The notes below the pieces were generated by a model. That model was not told where the DNA came from. It saw only the letters and a program-made list of their open reading frames with translations, and did no database searches. The position numbers and the translations under genes are program-made. A stretch of DNA of 64,000 nt from Takakia lepidozioides (lineage: Eukaryota > Plantae > Bryophyta): assembly GCA_030704615.1 (NCBI GenBank), contig CM060731.1, positions 74,710,001 through 74,774,000 of the forward strand. Direction: 5' to 3'. Below are positions 1-11,073 of this stretch, in pieces; within the stretch, counting starts at the first letter, position 1; each line of letters starts with the position of its first letter.

Positions 1-8
1 AGGTTTGG

Positions 9-440
9 TTGAACATCAAGAATTTCCGACTACCTCCGGAAGTGAGTCCAAAGTTCGTACCTCCGTATGCGGGACCCTTTCGCATCCAGAAGGTTATGAA
101 TGAGGATGTGTATGAATTGGAGCTGTCGGCAAACAACAAGGTGCATCCAGTATTCCACGTCTCCCTTTTGAAGCCTTACTTCAAAGATGAAGCGCGTCCG
201 AATCGGCATCAAGTGTTGCGTCCGCCACCTGTGCTGTTGGATCATGAAAATGAACCTGAGTACGAGGTGGAGGCAGTTCTTAAGTCGAGGAGGTTCAAGA
301 ACCGAGAAACGGAGTATCTCGTCAAATGGAAGGGCTATCATCATGTGGAGGCATCTTGGATGCTTGCCTCAGAAATGGGAAACGCATCCGAGGCGGTTGC
401 AGTTTTCAAAGGGCGACCTCAAAAGCGGAAGAAGCGTTGA
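9..440 (+). CDS. C-terminus of Ty3/Gypsy (chromovirus) polyprotein: integrase GPF/GPY motif plus chromodomain; truncated by the window edge (element A)
   Basis: PPYAGPFRI..VHPVFHVSLLKPY is the integrase C-terminus. EYEVEAVL..EYLVKWKGY..ASW is a chromodomain with aromatic-cage residues. A PPT and LTR follow. Confidence 0.92.
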   Translation: MNIKNFRLPPEVSPKFVPPYAGPFRIQKVMNEDVYELELSANNKVHPVFHVSLLKPYFKDEARPNRHQVLRPPPVLLDHENEPEYEVEAVLKSRRFKNRETEYLVKWKGYHHVEASWMLASEMGNASEAVAVFKGRPQKRKKR

Positions 441-456
441 TGGGGACATCAACCTT

Positions 457-2091
457 GGAGCGTGGGGGAGGAAATGCATGCTTAGCCCGGCTTAGCTAGC
501 TCAGAAATCCGATTGCAAAAACTTGTATTGTACAAAAATTTGTTATAAAGGAAATGGGTTCCAAATGTTGTGCGTCCTATTTTGTTTGGAATGGTGATGC
601 ATGGTGTGGTTGGCTAGTGTGTAGAATGCATGCTAGCTTACAAAAGTGGGAGAGGTAAATTGGGTTAATTGTGTGTTTGCGCAGTGCCAAAATCGGGTGA
701 CTCCCATCCAAGGGGCAAGGAAACATGCGCCTTCTTTGGGAGTTCACGTGCTAGCGCGTGCGTGTACTATAACTGCGCTACCGAGGTGGTTGCCTTGTAG
801 TGCGGGCTAACGCGGAAGCTACGTGCTTCCGTTCACGTACTATAATCGTGTAGCCTCGGGATGAAATCGTAGTGCGGCTTCGACGTGTCCCCGTACCTCA
901 GGCCAACATTCCAAGACGGACCCAATTGTAGTGATTGGGGCGCACGGTTGGTCCAAGGTTATCTTCCTAGTCAAAGGGGGTTCGAGGTGAACCCTTGCGC
1001 AAGGTGATGCCAAAGGCGGCATCATGAGCGATCGCAAGCAATGTTGTTGCAAGTAAGGCGATTCGATCCTCGGGGAGGATCGTTCCTTGGCCTTGAAGTA
1101 GGCCAAGAAGAGTGCACTCGGAAGAGCTTGAGAGGCTCCACCCCTGGCCGGGACTTGGAGGAAGTCGGCCGAACTAGCTAGTGGAGAGTAGAGTCAAGTG
1201 TGGGGTTTGGTTCTTTGCCATGGGACGCCATGGTACGGAAACAAACTCCTTGATGTGGGACGCCACAACTTGGATGTTCGTTTCTACAAAATGGACAAGT
1301 CGATGAGGACATCGACTCCCTGTTGGTAGGGGTGTGTGTCGCGGCCCTTTGCCTTGAGGGCAGGGGGTCGAGACACATGAGGGGTTGCCCCTGTGGTGGG
1401 GGCAGTGGCAGCGATAGGTACGGGGGGCTGAAGCACCCTTGAGTGCCCAAAGCACTCAAGGAGGCGGAGGTGCTCACTAGGTGGAGCCCCGCACACCGGG
1501 ATGTGGTGGGGGTGGCTTCACAAAGGGGTGGTGGTAGCTTAGCGGGACTTAGTGGGGGTGGCATAGGACTCACCTTGGGGCAGAGACCTCGTGGTGGGAG
1601 TCGTGGGGAGTCTTGGGACTCATCACGGTCCATAGGAGTCGTGGGGAGTCTTGGGACTCATCACGGTCCATAGGGGCCGTGGTGGGTGGGCCAAGACTCA
1701 CCGGGAGTCGAGGGTTTTCGTGGTGGTTCGCCATAAAATGACATGGTTGTTTGTGAAACCCCTGCGGACAGCTACAGAAGTATATATATGGAGTAGTAAC
1801 CCCGAGAACGGTGCAAGCCCGTTGGTGACCAAAAACTAGTGAATAAGCGAGCGAGCCGGAAAGCGACCATAGAGTGGGGAGCTGTTCCGGACTGCCAACT
1901 ACCAAAAGGAATTCCCGCTGGGCCCAAATTGGTGGAGGGTTCTTTGGGAGATCAAAGGGGGACCGTTATGCCCCGGTGAGCAGCCGAAGCTCCAAGTTGG
2001 CCCGGCGGCCAGGTTGGGAGTTAGGCGCGCGCATCAAAGCGAGTAACTATGACTTGAAGGGGAGCTTACCGAAGTGAGATGCGCGACAACA
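457..2091 (+). mobile_element. Polypurine tract (457-474) and 3' LTR (~475-2091) of chromovirus element A, inserted into the pol gene of element B
   Basis: GGAGCGTGGGGGAGGAAA follows the chromodomain stop, then TG at 475. The segment ends ...GCGACAACA at 2091, where the minus-strand RT frame of element B resumes. The start is less certain than the end. Confidence 0.7.
1597..1672. repeat. Perfect 38-bp tandem duplication inside the LTR
   Basis: GGAGTCGTGGGGAGTCTTGGGACTCATCACGGTCCATA at 1597-1634 and 1635-1672. Confidence 0.9.
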
Positions 2092-4016
2092 TGCCAGTGG
2101 GGGTTAATCAGCACAGGTGTAGTTGTTACTGACAATGTAAGTTCCTCAAAAGCCTGTTGACATTCAGCTGTCCATGCAAACTCTGCATCCTTCTTCAAAA
2201 GCTTGCTCAATGGTGTTGCTATCTGTGCATACCGTCTGACAAATCTTCTGTAATAACTGGTTTGTCCAAGGAATCTCCTTAGACTCTTAACATTTACTGG
2301 TGGTGGAGAGGCTTTAATGCCTCTGTCTTTCTGGGATCCCACAAGAACCCCCTCTTAACACAATGTGTCCAAAAGTACTCCCATGATTTTACACAAAAAA
2401 TACACTTCTCTGGATTCAGGCCCAGACTGCTCATCCTGCATCTGGCCAAACATTACTCCAATTTATTCAAGTGCTCATTCTTAGAGTTGTACACACTGAA
2501 ATAATCATCCAAGAACACCTGCATGAAATCACCATACTCATGGACTTGATTCACTTATCACTCTCTGAAAGTTGCTGCTGCAGGGTTACAAAGCCAAAAG
2601 GCATGACTTTGTATGCATAAGTCCCTAGTCTGTGATGAAAGCTTCTTTTCCCTGGTCTCTTTTCTGCCACTTGCACTTGGTTATACCCCCTGAAACCATC
2701 CATGAATGAGTACATCTCATGGCCTGCCACAGTGTCCAGTACCGCTTCTTGTGAATGGGCAAGGGAAAGGATCTTTCTTTGTACAAGCATTCAACTTCAT
2801 ATAGTTCACACAAACTCTCAGTTTACCATTTTCTTGGGAAATATCACAATGGATGACAACCAAGTTGTATATCTATCGGGTATATGAACTTAGCCTCAAC
2901 CAACTTTTGATCTCTTCCCCAACCTTCTGTGCATATTTGGGATTCATTCTGTCCTTGCCTGTTTGATGGTACTGACCTTGGATTCCAGTTCAATCTTATG
3001 GTGACAATCTCAGGTGTATTCCTTTCAGATCCTCGAGTTCCAAGCAATAAATCCTCTGTATTTTGATGAACAACTCTTAGCTTCCTCAAAGAATTCTGGC
3101 TCCAAGTCAACCCCTAACTTTCACCATTTTCGGTTCCTCCTCAGTTCCCACATTCACTTCTCTCACCTGCTCATCAGCTGTGATTGTCCAACCAGTCACT
3201 ACTTCCTCCTGTAAACTCACACTGGCTGGTTCTTCTAGTATTTCCATTTCTCCCTCCCTCTCTTCATTAATTGTATGTGGTGGGTACCTGCTTGTTTCAT
3301 CACCCTCAATGTGTTGCTGTTACTACACCACAGCAGATACCTTTTAAACCACTAGGCCTTCCAGTTGCATTTCTGCCAACCTGCTCCCACTCTGGGTGTG
3401 AAGTGAACAGGGTAGCTTCCTGCTCCTCATCCAGTCCTCCCCTCCAGTCATACTCTCTGACTCCTTGAGGTCTTTTCGTAGCAGGTAGTCCTACTAGATT
3501 TCTTAGTGGGTGATTTGTACTTGTGCATCCCATCATGCACAGTTGTACTGGGAATTCCAGTCATGGATACCCTGGCCTGCTTCAGCCATGGTCGACCCAC
3601 CAATAAGGAGTAAGCTTCACACGACATATCACTATTTTCAATACAGCAACTGTGAATCTTAGTATCATCTTCTGAATCTGTATCTTAACTCCTCTTATCA
3701 AGCCCATTGGCTGAACACTTCTTTGATCTCTGGCCATTGTTACTGTGAATGGGGCTGGTTCATGTACTTAGACCAAGCTTCTCTGCCCTTAATTGGTCTG
3801 TCATGATATTCACTCTAGAGCCTCCATCTATCATACATCAGTCAGGTCGTGCTTCCAATTCCTAACTGGATTACTGGCATAGATCATCAAAGTCCATGAC
3901 TGTTTCTCGCCCTTCCGACTTCACATTATAACTAGTCACCTTGCTGTTTCATGGCCTGTGCTCTCTGTCACATAAGCAATCTGATTGATTGCTTGATACA
4001 GCCTGTGCCTACAATG
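2092..4016 (-). pseudogene. Degenerate protease-RT region of a non-chromovirus Ty3/Gypsy element (element B)
   Basis: MIDGGSRVNI protease motif near 3830. RT motifs VLDTVAGHEMYSFMDGFRGYNQ and YKVMPFG. LRRFLGQTSYYRRFV..F.WT.ECQQAFEEL. Many frameshifts. Confidence 0.88.
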
Positions 4017-4036
4017 AGGTGTGCTATTTCATGAGC
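4016..4036 (+). repeat. Terminal repeat 1 of MULE D
   Basis: TGCTATTTCATGAGC at 4022-4036 is identical to 14780-14794 and is followed by CATGAGC-like subterminal repeats. Confidence 0.8.
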
Positions 4037-4379
4037 ATGAGCGGCATGAATCAAAGTAGTAACACAATCGGTTTTCATGAGTAGAAAGTACAATTTTAAA
4101 ATAAAAAACAATAAAAACTAAAAAAACAATAATTTAATGCAATGTGTCAGAAAAACAAATATATTATTCGGCCCTTGAAGGAAAATTGCAGTTTTGACAG
4201 TTGTGTTCATGATATTTTCGTCTTCCGCTCATGCCAATTCCCAGCGACATGTGCAAATATGCGCCGAATTTCGCGTAATAGGGTCCCGTACCTGAAAAAA
4301 CGGCGACGTATTTCGTGGTAATAGGTCTCTCTGGCGAAAAATGGTGCCGAATTCCGCGGCTATAGGTCCCCTCATGACA

Positions 4380-4690
4380 GGTAATTCGGCGCCATTTTTC
4401 TAGTGCATGTTCGGACTTAGCCAGTTTTCGGCGCAAAATAGGGAAATCGGCGCCATTTCCAGACACTGTACCAGTGCATGTTGGGACTAGCCAGTTTTCG
4501 GCCAAAAAGAGAAATTCGGCGCCATTTTTTTCCAGACACGGTACCAGTGCATGTTGGGACTTAGCCAGTTTTCGGCCCCAAAAAGCGAAATTCGGCGCCA
4601 TTTTCCCAGACACAGGTACCAGTGCATGTTGGGACTTAGCCAGTTTTTCGGCCCCAAAAAGAGAAATTCGGCGCCATTTTTCCAGAAATG
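4380..4690. repeat. ~70-78 bp tandem array carrying AAATTCGGCGCCATTTT and GGGACTTAGCCAGTTTTCGG motifs, downstream of the transposase
   Basis: About four units recur, with the motif near 4383, 4445, 4513, 4589 and 4665. Confidence 0.85.
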
Positions 4691-4860
4691 GCCCCACAAC
4701 TGCTTCTCTGTTGGATCTCAGTTTGAATGGAATATTGCCTCATTCCAGGAGTTTGGGTGCATTTCATTACACTGCAAAAAAAAAAATCTGATACAGCAAA
4801 ATGCATTTGAAAATATCCATATGGAGGATTCCGTTTGCCCATCAATGATTTCTGGAATCC

Positions 4861-7800
4861 CTAAGGAGGAGTTTGTGCAGCTCGTTCACGCTCAACGCCG
4901 GTGCATGATATAAAGTCATCAATAGTCGCGTTCATCCTCAACCTCTTCAGGTAGATGTAATACAGATGCTTGCACGGATAATACTTCGAACCCTTCTTTG
5001 CTTCCATCAACGAGAAGTCCGTACAATTGCAAGTTGGCTCCACTCCAAGTCGTATTGTGTATACATCGTCGCGTACAGCCCGCCGGCCGTTGCATCCGAT
5101 ACAACACGCCCAAGGGCCGGGTGGGGGTACGTTCCACGGAGCTCTGAATAGTGGCAAGCCATCCCAAGAAGCATTGGCAATCCGAGTCTCATTCAACTTG
5201 TTGGGAGGGTGTCGTCTCTTCACTCTTCCGAATCGCATTGTGGGATGTGCAGAATTGTCCAATCCGTCTCTACTGGACCGAGCAGTCTGCAATGGCTGGT
5301 CTGAGGAACCGAAATGCGTGGGCCGGGATGTCTGTGCGTTGCACCATTCGAATCCTGCTGCAGATAGAGCATCCGCCTCATTCTGAGAGAGGCTGCACCC
5401 GGTGCAACAGGCCAGACGCCCGGAGGCTCCGGCATTCCCTGAATCCCGTACTGGGCTTGCCAAATACACAGGTCATTATGTCGTGCCTACAGAACCAAAA
5501 TGTCTGCGTTGTGGCGTGAGCAAATGTGGGAGTCAAAAATCTGCCGCTGAAATAAGGTACAGGTACAGCACACCGTGTGGGTTCCTCCGAATCATCTCAC
5601 CACACGTGCTCTCGTATCCACCGGATGGCGCAGCACTTCCCTCGAAATGCCGGCAATGTCCTCGCAATTCTCCACTGTGACTCCGACACTCTGTCTCCAC
5701 AATGGGAATGTTGTACTGCTTTACTACAGATGGCTCGTTATGTTGCCGGGGCACGCGCCCTGTGCTCAAAGGAGATGGCGATCTTGAACGTGCAGGACTT
5801 GCGGTGCTCGATGAGACCTCCTCGGGCAACATCACGGGACCACGAGGGAGCGTGCGAATATTCTTGTCAGCTCGCCATGAATCCTCTTCTCCGCCAGGTG
5901 CCTCGTCAAGTCTTCGTCTCACTGGACGGGTATGAACATCTCCTTCCAAATGTTGGCCTCTTCGCAACAATGGCGTGTCCCGAAGGCCCTCTCGCAAGGC
6001 CGCCGCCCACTTTCAAGGATTTTCGATCTAGAGGCAGTCCGCATCAGCATTTCCGCATGTCCGGCCCCAAGCCCCACTGTTTCCCTTTCAAGAACTCGTT
6101 GTACCTGCATTGCTGCATAATTGACCTCACAATGTCCTCCGTTGTGGCAGTGAGGATGTCCACCAGATGCGCCGCAGAGGAGGCACGCCAGGAAGAGTGC
6201 ACTGATTCGGCATGTTTGTCGTGGCATGTTGGTGTCGGAGTCGAGACACATTTCCTGCACAAGCACATGTTGAGGTTACAAGCAAGTTACAAATATGGCC
6301 AAGAATAATATTCAACGGGACGCAATTCGTGCAACTCACCTCCCGCATATAGTCGCCGAACTGGAGGAAACGATAATGCCACCATGCTAGCCAACTGACC
6401 ATTGCTCCCTCGTCTGTTTCCTTACAGCACCTGACGATGTCCACCAAGCCCGTATGCATGCAAACTGTGTCTCTGCATCATCCAAGGTGGGAGCGCGCTT
6501 CCACGCAAGGCACATGGAATGGTGCTCCTCTCTGAAATCTGGCGCCACGAGCCTGGTTGTGTACTGCGAAAGGCTCTGTAGAAAATGGAACCACAAGATC
6601 TCTCCTTGCCTTCCATGGGAACATTGGGGTCTTGCCCGTACACCCTTCGGATGGCAGCCCAATTTGCTTGTGCGTTGTCCGCCATGAAACCACGGAAATT
6701 GGGAGGGGGCAATCCCGCCTTGGCCATCTGTTCGTTTATTCCCTGCCAAAGAAGCATCTCTGATTGTGTGTCCTCTCATTTCATCTCACAAATAGCATTG
6801 TCATTAGCATCCTGCAGTGGGTGTCGTAGACATGTGCACCCATTGTCACCCACTGGTGATTTGTAATTCGCTTGATATGGTCGAACATGACCCAACTGTT
6901 TGACAAGTTCCCACTCGTCATCCTGTCGACCAGTTCGACGCCGCTGCCAGGTCCACACGTGGACATTTTGAATACGAAACAACGATCTGCCTGCCTCAAT
7001 CCCTTGTCCTGGAAACCTACTTCCATGAATGTAGTCATATCCACATCGTCGCTTCACCTCCAGAATGGAGTGCATATCCGAGCCACGCCCAATTTTCTGT
7101 TTGCATGAGACAATGTGGTTTCGGACATTTGGTGAACATAATGGACACCCGACTCCAGCAATGCCTCCATTTCCTTCTCGTCGAGAGGAACTCTATCGGA
7201 GCCGTCTTCCGACATAATTCTGGCCAATGACATCTTATGGGCGGCTTGGAGCTGTATCTGTTTGGGTTTGGCACCCGGTCTCAACTTACCTCCTCCTGAA
7301 CGAGCTGCTCTGCTTCGTTGGCAGCCTCCCGCGAGTTCCCCTCGCCAATTTGTGACAATGGGAACCAACGTGTATGCAAGCTCGGGTGAGGTCAGGGAAA
7401 CGGTGCAACACATAGAACTGCTTGGCATTACAAACAGACATGCAGTGTGGTGGTTCTTTGCCAATGCGCACACTTAAATGTGGAGTTCGGAACCTTCTCC
7501 TGAGCTCGAAATGGTTGGTGAGCTGTGCCTGTCCAATCGGTCTCGTTCCTGTGACCTCTGGATTTAAAGTGGAAGCAAGTTGGGGAGAAACACCGCAACG
7601 CGCCCCCAGCACAACAACGTAGCGCACCCGCACACCATCGAGCATCTTCATGCTGGTGGTTTTGGTAACGCACCAAGGATGACCGTCATGTTTTCTATCC
7701 ATATCTGTCAACATTCCGGACGCCCTCGAGTAGTCCGCACCGAGGAGGGAACTCAAAGAAGATATTACCGTCGACGTCGGCGGGAAGGCATGTAACCGAT

Positions 7801-8245
7801 TTAATTGCGAACTTGCTGTAGTCCAGCCCGGCCAGCTCCGACCGGGTCCTCCAGGTGAAGCCCTCGCAGAATTTCAAGAATAGATCGAACTGCGGTGCTC
7901 GTGCTGGGAATATGACTCCCTCCTCCACTGACGTCCATTGAGGACTTGCCTGATCTCCAGGACGACCTCGGAACTTCCATGACTCGTCTGAGTCGGACAG
8001 GTTGTGAACCCGGTTCTCGCTCGTCTTCATGGATGGGTTCGGCTCTGGATTTACTTCGTTGCGGATTGTTTCGTGGAAGGCGCCAGGATAGAAGGTGCAT
8101 TTGGCGGGCAAATGAAGCCCAACAGCCCTGTATATGACGCTGTCCGATGGTGGAACTCGCCATTCCTGCCATCGCCGAAATCATCGTGGAGCACAACAAT
8201 ACTCTCAACAACAAGGCCGTTAGAGTCCTTCCTTTCCTTCTCCAA
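4861..8245 (-). pseudogene. MULE transposase with N-terminal GCM-like Zn DNA-binding domain and C-terminal SWIM finger; intron-containing and frameshifted
   Basis: GCM-like: DGHPW..TKTT..CAGALRC..C..C..RACIHVGSHCH. Catalytic core: WVMFDHIKR (D1), FRGFMADNAQANW (D2), ERSC..FH (CxxH, frameshifted) and AESVHSSW (E). SWIM: CNCTDF..CKHLYYI. Collinear with the paralog at 56491-60634. Confidence 0.82.
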
Positions 8246-8679
8246 AAAAACCGACCCCGGTTTTAGGTGGTATCAAACGCACAGATATTTCTCCATCACC
8301 CGGCAGGTGTCCCCTCTGCACGGAAATGAAGCTCTATGCTCGTGAGGAGGGCAGTACACTGTAGCGCTCGGGTTTTCCGCCATGGGAGATGTGCACACAA
8401 GACTGCCAGGATGGCGTGCTGGGAGCTCCCTGGTAGAAGGGGGTGCAGCGATGGGAATGAATGCGATGCCGATTTGTCCGGGCCGAGCGAAGCCTGATCC
8501 AAATCCAGGGAGCCAACTATCTCAAAATACACAGTCAGAGTGTTAATGACCTTGTCTCCGGAATGCGGCCCCTGGTCTTTGCGCAATAACTGCCAACGGT
8601 ATGCAGTCAGAAAGTGGGGGGCTCCGGATGATGACGCTGAAGGGAGAAGCCGGCACTGCCGTCACATTACTACCCCCGA

Positions 8680-10300
8680 ATGGAAATTCGGCACCCAATA
8701 TCCAACAGAGGAAGCCCGGATGAAGTCGCCTCGGGCTCAGAGGCCGGTCGTGTGCGACAGAGAACATCCCCTGGATGGAGATTCGGCGCCGAATTTCCAT
8801 CCGGGCCCCCCAAAGGGAGTCGTGTCGGGGGGGTCAGGCCGAAAACTGGACGGCATAAAAACATCCCCAGATGGAAAATGGCGCCGAATTTCCATCCGGG
8901 GCGGTTCGGATGCAGTCGGGGAGGGGGGAGTGGCCGGCACTTGGCCGTCACATTTCAACCCCCGGACGGAAATTCGGCACGAATATCGAAACAGGGGACG
9001 CCCGGATGAAGTCGCCTCGGGCGTAGAGGTCGGCACGTGTTTGACAGAGAGCATCCCCTGGATGGAGATTCGGCGCCGAATTTCCATCCGGCCCCTCCCA
9101 AAGGAAGTCGTGTCGGGGTCAGAACCGAAAACTGGCCGACATAAAAACCTCCCTAGATGGGAAAACGGCGCCGAATTTCAATCCGGGGCCGTTCCAATGC
9201 AGTCGGGGAAGGGGGAGAGGTCGGCACCTGGCCATCATATTTCAACCCCTGACGGAAATTCGGCACAGAATATCCAACAGAGCGGCGGAGAGGCCGGCAC
9301 CTCTCCGACAGAGACCATCCCCCGGATGGAATTTCGGCGCCGAATTTCCATCCTACAGGTAAGTGGAATCCCGGATGGATGGAAATTCGGCGCCGAATTT
9401 CCATCCGGCAGGTAAGTGGAATCCCGGATGGATGGAAATTCGGCGCCGAATTTCCATCCCGCAGGTAAGTGGAATCCGGATGGAACGAAATTCGGCGCCG
9501 AATTTCCATCCTGCAGGTAACTCGAATCCCGGATGGATGGAAATTCGGTGCCGAATTTCCATCCAGCAGGTAATTCGAATCCCGGATAAATGGAATTCGG
9601 CGCGAATTTCCATTCGCCATGAATTTCATCGCTCTCAGAAATTACCTTCCTGCAGGTAATTCCCAGATGAGAATTACCTTCCTGCAGGTAATTTGCAGAT
9701 GAAAATTACCTTCCTGCAGGTAATTCCTATCGATGCCGGTAGGAAGGTAACTCCTCGTTCAGAATTACCTGCACGAAGGTAATTCTGAGCGATGAAATAC
9801 ATGGCGAATGGAAATTCGGCGCCGAATATCCATACGCCAGCGATCCGACTTACCTGCAGGATGGAAATTCGGCGCCAAATTTCCATCCATCCGGGATTCC
9901 ACTTACCTGCTGGATGGAAATTCGGCGCCAAATTTGCATTCATCCGGTATTCGAATTACATGCCGGATGGAAATTCGGCGCCGGATTTCCATCCGCGCGC
10001 TTCTGAATTACCTGCGTGAGGGAAATTTGGCGCGCCGCCCGACCTGCGCCGATGGAAATTCGGCGCCAGATTTCCATCCGCGCGCTTCCGAATTACCTGC
10101 GTGAGGGAAATTTGGCGCGACGCCCTACTTGCGCGGATGGAAATCCGGCGCCGGATTTCCATCCGCGCGCTTCTGAATTACCTGCGTGAGGGAAATTTCC
10201 AGCGCCGCCTACCTTGCTGGATGGAAATTCCGCGCTCCGAATTACCTGCGCCAGAATTCCATCGTGCAGCGCTCCGAATTACCTCTACGTTGGAAATTCC
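8680..10300. repeat. Composite array of the palindrome GGAAATTCGGCGCCGAATTTCC in ~286-bp, ~52-bp and ~85-bp units, with a large inverted repeat centred near 9710
   Basis: Perfect 30-bp palindromes at 9377-9406 and 9430-9459. ~286-bp units near 8682/8969/9254 and 85-bp units near 9966/10051/10136. Arms ~9340-9665 and ~9755-9990 mirror each other. AATTACCTTCCTGCAGGTAATT occurs three times at the centre. Confidence 0.92.
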
Positions 10301-11073
10301 GGGACTGTTTACGTCGATTTTCATCCGACATGGAGGGCTTCATCCGACATTTAATTGCGCAGTTGGGCAATAAATGTCGACCGCCGTCGGTTATCATTTG
10401 GGCTGGCGACGCATGGCTTCCTGGACACGTACCCTAAATCTCATGCTAATCTTGGCTTAACATGCTATTCGAGGCATGTACCCCAAAAAAGGAGATCTTT
10501 TTGGCTGGGACTTATGCCGCCTGAAGGGCGTGGCTCTCCTGAGAGAGACCTCACATCCAGACCGCGGCGGAAGTTGAAAGCTCTGTACTACGGACGACGG
10601 CCAATCTCCCGCATGGCCAAACTGAAGCTCCAGCAGGAGATTCCAGTGTCTTGCTCACAACCTGCGCCAACTGAAGCCGAGTACTCTCAGGCAAGCCACT
10701 TCTGCTTTCGGTTTGTTCGATTTATTTTTTGCTTTCGCTTTGTTACCTCGCTTTGTTTTTGCATCTTCATCCTGGTTTCGCTGTATGAGTGAACTTTAGA
10801 TAGTTGAGTGAACCTTAGATTGTTTGCAATGCGTGTGCAAATCCAGCAGCTCTGGAGAAGGCTGCTTGTGCATGTCATTCTCAGGCAATGGTTGCATTTG
10901 TTTTCATTGTTGTTGCATGACTCTCCATACTTCCTAAACTTGTTATGTTTTCATTTTTGCTACACGATTGTTGCTATGGTGGTTGCGCTGCTCGTTGCGA
11001 TGCTGCTTTTTGCACCGATGTTGGTTTTCACGATTTTTGTCAATGACAGAGTGACGACGAGCCCGGCACGCTG

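Noticed and set aside
840-2077. GC-rich ORFs in the LTR of element A
   Set aside because: No domain signal; low-complexity frames open on both strands.
9326-10260. CRISPR-like regularly spaced palindromic repeats
   Set aside because: The spacers are near-identical rather than unique, there are no cas genes, and the context is eukaryotic. This is a tandem/inverted repeat array.
8540-10437. Many overlapping ORFs (MEIRRRISI, WKFGAEF, GNSAPNFH peptides); similar ORFs at 4164-4913 and 13658-14397
   Set aside because: They are translations of stop-poor palindromic repeats open in several frames on both strands.
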